Origin: Negaprion brevirostris
Lineage: Eukaryota
Reading direction: 5' to 3'
Assembly (NCBI GenBank): GCA_030324005.1
Contig: JARDVH010000121.1
Location: 42,011,715 to 42,075,714, forward strand
DNA: 64,000 nucleotides
Shown: piece after piece, positions 24,651 to 35,700 of the stretch
Layout: each line of letters begins with the position of its first letter
Position numbering within the stretch: position 1 is the first letter of the stretch
Notes under the pieces: generated by a model
Databases searched by the model: none
What the model was told of the DNA's origin: nothing
The model's input: only the letters and a program-made list of their open reading frames with translations
Position numbers and translations under genes: made by a program

Positions 24651-27600
24651 AATTTCTGACATCTTGAGCAAGAAAGCAGGTTTGAGGTTTCTGGTGTAGT
24701 TCCTTCAATAGTGTAGGATCAATTTTAACAGCAGTGGGCATCTTCTCCACCTTGCCTACTATCCCTCTACAGCCTCCAATATATATCTTCCCACCTTCTG
24801 GGGTCCAGGCTCAACCCAATTACAAATCCAGAATCATAGTCACTACAACTTCCTTTTCCACATACAACTTCACCCACAAATTTACTCCCCCTGTCCCCCA
24901 CCATTTGTTATTCTTCCTCTGAACAAAATTACACCTCACTTACTCTCTCCAACTGAATAAAAACAAAAAACACACAAACTGAAAAAAGGAGTTATCAGAA
25001 ACTGAAAAAAGACACCAAAAAAGTAGTTCCCATAAAAGCAAATAAAATTACAAAAAGACCAACAAGAAAATGCCAACCACTTAGATACCATTGTAAAACA
25101 CCAATAGAAAAGTGTTCAGTGTGGAAATTGGGTGATTTGTGCAGGACTTTGTGCTTGACAAAAGAAAATTATGGGATTAAAAATTAAATGAAAAAATATG
25201 GAAAAACTTATACAGAAACACAGAATTTACTTAGTTTCTTTCCTTTATGATTTTTCTACACTTCAGTCTGTCATGAGTCAATGCCCCTTCATTTTTGAAG
25301 TTATGATTTTTCAACTTCCAGCTAACTGGAAATTTTGCAATTTGAAACTGAAACAGAGCAAACTGCTTAAAAATGCAAGGTCATATTCCAAGGTGAAGGT
25401 GAGAAGCAAATAAATCACCCTTTGTGGAGTGTGAAGAGAGATATTTCCTATAATCCAGATACCCATTGAAGCTCATAACTGTCTAAGGAAACATCAAAAA
25501 TGCAAAGTACTGAATATTGAAACAATGGCTGCTACAGGCAGACACACAAAATCTCTTGGAAATACACAGTGGACAAAGTATTTCAAGGAAGATTGCACAG
25601 CCATTAGCAAGAGACTGTTAGTGGCACAGGCAGCGTCAAGAAAATCTTCATAGAGGAAACAAGCTGATGGCTGCTCTTTTGGAATAAAGCCAACTTTATC
25701 AAAAACCTACCAGTGATCCAAGATCTAATAATTGCAACATCTTCTACATCTGACCACATTCNNNNNNNNNNNNNNNNNNNNNNNNNNNNNNNNNNNNNNN
25801 NNNNNNNNNNATCTAATAATTGCAACATCTTCTACATATGACCACATTCAAGAAACGAGCTAACCCAAATCAACTGCAGTATTTAAAATCTACACCACAA
25901 GAGCAAAGGACATTTAACCATATATTCTTTCACATTTTTTAAAAATCAGAATATTTCTCCGGTTTAGGGGTTAAGAAATTCTTTCCTGAAATCAGGAACA
26001 CCATGTTTGATTGAATTCTTATTGCTCACCACTTAAATAGTTTACTACAATTTGATCTGGAAAGGACCCAGGCCAGTACCTTCCAGCCGTTCACGCCTGC
26101 AGGATCTTCTGCACCTGCTGACAGCACGCCCCCACTATGTGTTTCACAACAGTTAGCGGTGCATTCAACAGGACACCCATTGACAAAGGCAGGACCAGAT
26201 GATCCCACTGCCTTCCAGTGGCAAGCCACCTTCTGTTGCCACAGTTGTGTGATCAATCCTACCAAATCCTCGTGAAAAAGAAACCCAAACCTATGTTGCC
26301 ATCAATCAAGGAGATTGAATGGAGCGAAATCATATCTCATTTTCTATCCATTTCCTCTAATGATTTCCTCCCACCTTTCCTCTAAATTGTTACTCAAGAA
26401 TCTGCTATTCAATTTTCAATCATGTAACAGCATCCACTATTGGGTATAACTTATGCTACATGGTTGCTGAGTCAGCTATGCAGTATAGGCTTCCACAAAT
26501 GTTCAATCAGCAACTCAAGACACCAAACAACATCCCATTTTCTGTAAAGCTTAAAGGCAGCAGTCACTGCCAATCTGAAAACATTTCCTTCAAAACTTCT
26601 GGAGATTTAAGAAATCTCAAATATAATTCTGGAAACTTAAGTCTAATANNNNNNNNNNNNNNNNNNNNNNNNNNNNNNNNNNNNNNNNNNNNNNNNNNNN
26701 NNNNNNNNNNNNNNNNNNNNNNNNNNNNNNNNNNNNNNNNNNNNNNNNTGGCACAGCTTAAGCTTGACTCATCCACTTTAGCCATACATAGTTTCCAGAA
26801 AGAGTAAATGAACTTGCAATTTAAATGCTGTTCCTACAACAAATCCTCGGAATCATGTTTTCAGCAGCATCAGGTATGTTCCAGACCACAATTAAAATGT
26901 CCAAAACTAACTGCATCGCTTAGATTTAAAACATGAGGGAAATGACCGGAAAGCAAACTCTGAAGTGAGAATCCCAAAGCAAAGTCAGGCATTTCTGAAC
27001 ATGGTGCATAAACACAACACTCTTAACCTCCAAGAGGTCATTAAAGGAACAGGAAGGCACTTGGGTTTGAGGCTGGAAAAAGTGACTTGCAATATCTCAA
27101 AGTCCGCAAGTGTTCTTGGCTGATTCTAGCACATCAATACCATATTAACCATCAGATGATGTAAAATATAAATTTCAATATCAATAATATTCAACGTGGC
27201 ACAGCAAACCAATAAACAGCACCCAACATTTTGTTTTATAGAATGACAAAATACAGTCACTTTGAAGAATCTTCACACAATTGGATTCCAATCTTAGTCA
27301 TACTAAAAGCCATTAAGCAGAGCAGATTCCTGACATGTAACTTTTATTTATTTGGAAAGAGAAAAAGTGATTTGGAAAAAGTGCACCACCTATTGACCAA
27401 TTAAAGAGCGACAGCAGTAGAGGATAAGAAGCAGGTTCTCGATGTTAAAGCATCTAATGCAGTAGTTACCCTGAAGAATCACAATGGTCATTTTTATAGT
27501 ACAGAGAGGAACGTAATGAATAACAAACATTGTTATAAGAAAGACTAAGTTCTCATAAAATACCACCTCTTCACTTAAGAATAAATTTGCTATCATTGTC

Positions 27601-29477
27601 GCATCATCTGCAAAAACCAACATTTTGAATTTAGATCCTTCATTGGAACTGGAATGAGTTCTTTAAATGGATTTTAGCAAAGCAAAAAAGTTGTAGGAAA
27701 GACAGAAAATGAGTTTTGACAGTGAATCAATAGCTGCAATTAGTCTTGAAAGTTGGTTGGTGTTAATAAAAACTTGCATTTATATAGTGCTTCTAATGAT
27801 GATCAGATGTTCCAAAGTGCTTTTATTGGCAATGAAGAATTTTCCAAGTATATTGCAATGCAAGAAATGTGGCATCAAATATGCGCACAGAAACGCTCGC
27901 AAACAACAATGCGACGATGACCGCAAAATTTGTCACTGTGATGTTGAATAAAGTTGGCCAGAAACAACACCCCTTTCCATCACTTGCATTTGGAAAAATG
28001 TTCAAAAAAATACATCAGGATGTCAAAATGTAAAGTTTAATCGCAGAATGAAGTTTTAAAGTAATCTGGGAAGTTAATATTTCCATGCAATTAAACAAAA
28101 GAAAATCTCAGCCATTTTCACCTGCTTTATTGTCATACATCACCAAATAAGCAATCACACTCAAAAATGGGTGCAAAGTAATTAGCAACATCTAAGTTGC
28201 TACACATATTTTCAGATGTCCATTCACGGCAGCAAAAATTTCCATGTTAACTTTTAGGGCACAAAAGCTCAATCATCCCCAAGGTACAGAAATGAGAACA
28301 CATTAGCTTGTTGCTCATGCTCAGAAATATTGCACATACTTTGTCAAAAGATCCATTACAGAAAGATCACTTATTCACTTATTTATACTATACCCACACT
28401 ATATGCAACTGGAATGTTTGGAGCTGTGTTTTGAAGGCAGCAGCAGACCAGACACAAGAAATGCCACCACACTTATGCATCTTATACTTCTGAAAATTAA
28501 AATCCGAGACCAGAGAAAACATTTCACTTCTGAATTTTAAACAAATAAAAAGTTTGTTTTCATAGGTGTTACAGTGCTGTAAGTTAAAAAAGACACCACG
28601 GCCAATAAAATTATTCAAATAAAATACTTTTAAAATTGACATAAGCTCAAAAGGACTACTTTCAGCATTAGCAGATGAATATGTAATATATTCATTTATT
28701 CCCTCGTCCATTACTTTAGTGAAATTTTAACCAACTAGTGTTAAGAAATTAGATGGTGGAATGTTACACAAATGTAATGAGTATTTGTTTGCTAATACTG
28801 GAAACAGTATCTTCAAGCTTACATATTGGTTTGTAAGGCATGTGAAGTGACAGAGGAGAAAAGTTAGTAAACAGTTATGAATAGATCAATTTTAAATTAA
28901 TAATCTACAATTTTATTTCAATCAACTAGGTACCAAACCTATAATAGTCACACCAAAAACACTGAATTTGAAAATCTACCTGCCCTGTACAATTGCACAT
29001 AAAGCTGAAGACAGATACAATACAGCACATGCAGTAAATGCTACGTTTGTTGTATTTTTGAAAGAAAACCTGAGGTAAAATTAATCACTGCACTATTTAC
29101 TTTACATTTTTCTCCATGATACCCTGCAGGTTTCAATGAGCATTTATGTACACGTAAAGAACAAATCAGTGGTGAATTAATGGAAAAATTATATTCCCTT
29201 AAATAGAAAAATGTATTCGTCAACACATTCAGAGTAAAAATAGTACAGTTGAACTCAAGTACACACTATAAAGGGGCAATGTTCTGGTTACAATACTGAT
29301 GGTTCATTGTGAAGACTTATAGGTGAAATATGCATGAAACCAGCTTCCAGAAAGAAAAATAGATTTCTGAAACATTGATTCTTTATAGACAGGAATACAA
29401 ACTGGTTTACTACAGCAACAAAGCAAAGAAAAGCAAAGTGAACTGCAGGTCCTTTCAACGTCAGGCACTTTCCCAAG

Positions 29478-29778
29478 CTACCAATTTTGGTTGTCCCATC
29501 CATCATCCATAGTTCCACCACTTTCTTTTCTCGGTGATTTTTTATTCTTGCTTTCCCCGCCTGCAGCCCAGTTATCGTCCCAGTTGTCCCAGGCATTGCT
29601 ATGGTTGGTTTGCTTTATCGTGTTGCTCTCCGTGCCCCAGGTATCATCATTCTTTTCACCTGAGCCCCAAACACCAGCACTTGGGGCTACCTTCGTCTTA
29701 GAATTCCCATCCTGACCAAAACTGTCCCAGAAACCATCTTCAACTCCACTGTTCTGGTAACTTCCTCCAACTGGCTGG
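29478..29778 (-). CDS. ARFGAP1: ARFGAP1 terminal coding exon ([21 protein letters not shown]...AWDNWDDNW...[10 protein letters not shown])
   Basis: tccaacag|C CAG CCA...AAT TGG TAG; 301 nt (1+300) open; ends with the vertebrate ARFGAP1 C-terminus DDGWDNQNW. Confidence 0.96.
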
Positions 29779-32700
29779 CTGTTGGATAGAATATACCAAA
29801 ACTTTAGAAATGATTGAATATTTGAAAAATGGGCAATTGCGATAGAAGCTGCACCTTTTACAAAAGATTTCAGAAGTACGTGTGAGAAAAGCGTGCATTA
29901 ACATTCCATTTTTATTGCATGTGAGAATGTTACACATAAATATCCCATTAAAAAGAGTGATAGATTCTACAATAGTTCACCTAATTCAGAATCAGGGGTA
30001 TCATGTTGATCCTGTAGCCCTGCTTCAGGAACAGAAGAGGGTGATTTTAGAACCAATTAAAGAGCTGAATGCCCTGACAGTACGTCAATGCTACAAAGCT
30101 TCAATATAAATGCAAATTTATTTCTCATGATCCCAAAATGGTAAAACTCTTGCATTTCTTTTAAACAATCCTTAACTGGGAGAAGACAAAAAAGCTCATG
30201 TATTATCAATGAGAGGAAAAACTAATGCAAATTGTATATTGCAAAATGTGATTTTACCTTAAATGCACACAATTTCACTGAAGCAAATCTAAAAGCTATG
30301 CATGAAGCATATTATGCTGATTAGAATCAGTAAGATATCTAATCAAATAAAGAAACTACATTTGTTTTTTTTTTTAACAAAAGAGGAACTCTGCATATTG
30401 GCTCGGCCTAAGACACCAATTCAAGTAGTTACTATTGGTAACATAGGCAAAACCATCCAGAGAACAATTTTGCTATATACAAACTTTGGATTTTTAAAAA
30501 ATATATAATGATGTGTCAGAACATTGAGTTGTAGAAATGTGATCATGCATTAAGATTTGGTGCAGTTAATTGTACATTACCTTTCAGAGGCAGCTGTTTC
30601 TAATTCCTTATTGGTAAAGAAAGAACTGACATCTTGCCATCCTTTTACAGTCACTCCCTGTACCTATGGATGGTAATAAAAAAGTGAAACATCTTTCACA
30701 TTAACAGAAATTTTAAAATATGTATATTTTTTCACCATAATCATATACACATACACAAATCAGTCTCTCTAATAATAGCTATTGGCTTTCTGGTCTTAAG
30801 TCTAGAAGATACCACTGCTGACATTAACAATCGACACTGACAAAACAAATCCACATGATATTCCTGTATGTTATTAAAATTCAGACTTTCACTGGTTCAT
30901 TTTAAGGGGCCTCGCCTCTCTCCTACAATAGCAAATGGCAATTTGACTACTGTTATCAATGGGAATAGCTAGTTTTGCTTAATAAACAATATATTTGATT
31001 ACGTATTACATTTTAAAATTATTCCAGAACTATACACATTTTAAGGATAGCTACAACCTTAATTACGGGCTGAGTGAGAAACTAATTTTAAAATAATGTA
31101 TTGGTTGCCTCTGAAATTTTGATTAACAAATCACTTTTCAATATTGACACTCACCACATCAATTACCAATGGTAGCAAAATGAAAGGAAAACATAAATTA
31201 GCACCAATCAGAAAAGTTTGTCTGGTCATAATAAGGCAGCCTCCATATCTGTCAACTGTGCTGCTAAAACAGCATTTACACAACAACTTTGATGTAAATT
31301 GTAACGTGAAGTGGTTTTGCTTAGCATTTCTGCTAAAGTTACAACTTAAATCCAGAGTTGGGAAGGAGTTTCAGTCTATTTCACTCTGTAGTTAGGTTGG
31401 ACCTCACACTATTTACCCAACAGATTTATATCAACACCGTAATTGCAGTATAAATGCAAACTAATACAATTTTATATTAAATCATTTTAGCTACTAATAG
31501 GTTAGTTAGTGTCAAACCCACATGACAGTCGCGATTTCTAGAACTTGGGGATTTTTTCGCCAAATAAAATTTAGTTTTGTATCGTTTAAATAAGTAATTC
31601 AATTTTTTTTAAGAAAATGACCTTCAATCTATCTTAATTCCTAAGTTTCTAGTTACAGTTGTACAAAATATGAAGGCTGGCTTTGAGATATGACCAGTTG
31701 CTTCCTTCTGCATACCTTATTAGCAATCTGTGACACACCAATGGTTACATCATCTAAGAATTTTCCATCTTTCACCTGTGTATGTAAAAATGCCTCCAAT
31801 TAATTAAGCTTTCCAAATGACATGCCAATTTATAGAGCCAAAGACTGAATTATCCTTTTCAATGTTGAAGAGGCAGAAATAAAGGAGTACTTTTTTTTTA
31901 AAAAGTGGTTACTTTCTTTTTATGTGGGAAGAGGCTACATTTCTGGTCCTTCTTTGAAAGTGGGAATATAACTGGTTAACTCAGATGGCTAGACAGCTGG
32001 TTAGTGGTGTCAACAGCATGGGTTCAATTCCCGTACGGCTGAAGTTATTCACAAAGGCCCCCCGCCTTCTCAACCTTGCCCCATTGCCTGAGTTGTGGTG
32101 ATCCACAGGCTTAAATCACCACCAATCAGAAGCAATCACCAATCCTTTTAAGAGGGAGAGCAGCCTATGGTCATCTGGGACAATGGTATCTTTACTTACT
32201 TCATAACAATACAGTTTGTGTTTTCAACAAAGAAAAATGTCCAAATGCACAACCAGAAATAAATGGACATTGAGCCAAACATATCAGGATGTGTAATAAA
32301 GCTTGTTCGTATAGATGGGTTCAAGGAGAAAAGGCAGGCAGAAAATTCTACAGCATAGAACTTATGTGGCTCAGAGAATGTCTGCTAGCAATGGGGTGAT
32401 GACTAAAGAACATAAAGCTTCCATTAAAGGAAGTATTAGAAACTGATTTTCATCTTCAGCTGTCAGTCATCAGATTTATAACTTCAATGTACAACAGATA
32501 CAAATCTGGACATGGTGGAGGAGAGGTCAAGGATGACGAGACTCGATCAGTTTCCACAGTTATAGTCTGTTGGTAGTAATTGTCTCAACTGAGACGAGAC
32601 TTAAAAAACGACCACTTGGAAAAGATACTAGAAAGCCATGAGCAGCAATTGAATTGTATCCCAGCACAAATCAGTGCCTTCAGGCAAAATAAAACAGAAA

Positions 32701-35700
32701 ATTATGTTGTTAGCTTTCAATAATATTACTTGTTTTGTTCCTTAAAAGAAAACATATTAAGATATTAAGTGATAAAATCCGCTACACAAAACATAAAAGG
32801 CAAAAAGGAAATTGTTTGCTATATCAAATGGTGCAATTAGTGCTGGTGTCAGGCTGGAACAGGGATTTCCCCTCTCCATTCAAAAGATACTAGACATTAC
32901 CTGAGATGTATACATCTCCAAAAAAAAAGTAGCACNNNNNNNNNNNNNNNNNNNNNCTTGTTTGATCTCCTATCTCAAGGGACACCATTCCATTGATAGA
33001 AAAGGTTATTGGGCCACCAAAATGCTGGCTGATGGGGAACTAAATCATTGGATTAACTGGATAGCCAGCAATGTGATTTCCATACTACCAGGCCACAGAC
33101 TGGGCTAATTTTGGTAAACAGGTGACCAAGTGATACTGTGACACCAATTACACTGGAAGCAATCTACAACAACATTTGATAAGATGCCACATAGAAGATT
33201 CATGGCAAAGATAATGGCACTTGAATGGAGGAGAATGTGGCCAACGAACAAAAAAAAATCCTGGGGGAGCAAATTGTAAAAATAAAGGTAAAATTAACTT
33301 TTTTGAATGAGAAGGTCTGCAGAAAGATGTTCTGCAAGGATTGGTGTAATGCCTTCAGTTTTATTTGCCAAACGCATAATCAGGATTCAAGACTTGAGGG
33401 AAGCATGATAAATTATGTGTCAAACGTGTGGGAGAAGAGGATAGCACGTTTCACGGTTTCGTTAAGGGGAAGTCGTGTCNNNNNNNNNNNNNNNNNNNNN
33501 NNNNNNNNNNNNNNNNNNNNNNNNNNNNNNNNNNNNNNNNNNNNNNNNNNNNNNNNNNNNNNNNNNNNNNNNNNNNNNNCATTATCAAGATTGGAATAGT
33601 AAATAGATAGGCTAGCAGAATGAGCAAATAAATAGCCAATGCAGTTCAATGCAGAAATATCAGAAGTGGAATTTTGGAAGAATACCTTGTGAAAAGGAAT
33701 ATACTTTAAATGGAAAGAATTTAAATATAGAGGAGTAAGAGAACATCATGCGCACAAGATGGCATTGGAAATAAATTTTAAAAAATTTTGCATCTAGAGG
33801 CACAGAATACAAAAGCATTGAAGCAATGTTAAACTTGAAAATCGAGACTTTAATCAGGCCACTCGGAACACAGTGTGCCGTTTTTGACACCCCGTTATAG
33901 GAAGGACATGGAAACAGCACCCATTAATAAATCAAATGTACGATGTCTCTGTACATTCTAATATAAATGGAATATTAAATGACAAACTATACACTAGTAC
34001 AAACTGCCATGGAAGCAATGTACAATTAAGCAATGGTGAAACCATATAAATGTTTTTAAAAAGTTTAATTGGTGCTGTCATGCTAAGTACAAATGAAAGT
34101 AATGCAAGTGGAATTCATAATTTGTGAAATAAGTATCACATATTAGTTTTATTTAGGTATACTTATGGAACAGAACCACAATCATCTGTGTGTAGAACGA
34201 GGCTTAGAACATTCAATTAAAAACAGAATACAAATTCCAAAATTGCTCAAAAATTTTTGAAAGTGCTCATAAGCAAAAATATCACTAAACTAAATGCTAA
34301 AAGCAAAGACAAATTTTGTAACTTTTTTTAAATTTGCCTTTTCAATACACTTTATTATAGGTGATTTCACAATGTAAGTTCTAAAGTAAAAAAACTTCAG
34401 TGTTTAAAACTCTTAATTTTTGAAGCTACTCCAAAATGAAAAATATTTTTATAGCTAATAAATTCTAAACTGTGAAATGCACAGATAAAAGACCTACACC
34501 AAATCAATGCAGGTAATGAGTCAGATTTTGCTGTGAAGATATCTCTGTTATTTATGGGCAAATGGCTTTATTTACTTCAGGTGAAGGTCAGGTACACAGT
34601 TCAAAACAAATATTCATAGCTATGGTTCAGTCAGTAGCATTCGCATCTGAGATATCAGATTATGGATTCAAGTCCCATTCCAAGATTTGAGCAGAAAAGT
34701 TAATGCTGGCATTCCAGAGCACTACTGAGCGTTGCCATTTTTTAATGGAGACCTTCAACTGAAGCCCTATCTGCCCTCCCAAGTATGCATAAAAGTTCCC
34801 ATGGCACGATTTGGAAGAGAAGCAAGATCGATGTCCCCAGTATTCCAGTCAATATTTATTCCTCAATAAGCATCTCAAAAGCAGATTATTTTATTATCAC
34901 ATTGCCATTAGTTGGAGCTTCCTGAGTGCAAATTGGCAGCTATGTTTCCTACGTTACAATAGTGACAACATTGGCTGGAAAAAGTGATTTGAACTATCCT
35001 GTGTTTGTGAAAGAGGCAATATAACTGCAGATCTTTCTTTTNNNNNNNNNNNTGATGTTCGAGATTCTGTCAGCTTTGTGGCAGTTCACTGCCTGCCTCA
35101 CAACTGGCATGCATTGAATGATATGAAGTTATTATTTGCACCATGGATATAAACTACACTCACTATAGATATTTAGAGTTAGTAATTAAAAACAAATACC
35201 ATTTGATTACATGTAACCATGTTAGTCATTAACACCAATCTATTTCACTGGCACTAAAATTCATTAAATAAGTTAGTTTGCAAGTTATTTTAGATTTCCA
35301 ACATGCTAAATTTTAACTTTTTCCATACTTTTCTTTGGTCTCTTATTTTTCACTTTCTTAATCCAATCTTTCTTTCTCGCTTTTCTATACTTTGGTTTAA
35401 CATTAAATTTTCCCCCTTCTTAATCTTTCCCCAATTAAATTTCCCAATCTTAAATCTCTGATTGAGATACCCTGCTGGCTGGGTGGGTGCCAACCTCAGG
35501 TCTCAGACACCATTTCCCTCGCTGTGTCATTAGAGGGCAAAAATCTTTTGAGTTGAAGGGTGCGAAGGCAAGTCCTAACAGATGACACTGCAGCAAAATC
35601 TGAACCACTATTGGCTTGTGTCATATGTACACAATATATTATATGTATCGCTTAATTGGGAAAATTGATGCCCAATGATAATACAGCTATTATTTCAAGT

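Noticed and set aside
25722-25849. 39-bp direct repeat flanking an N-gap
   Set aside because: Most likely an unmerged contig overlap; the single mismatch is consistent with heterozygosity.
436-29000. COL20A1 exons expected downstream of ARFGAP1 from human synteny
   Set aside because: No signal peptide, FN3, VWA or Gly-X-Y exon was recognised on the minus strand.
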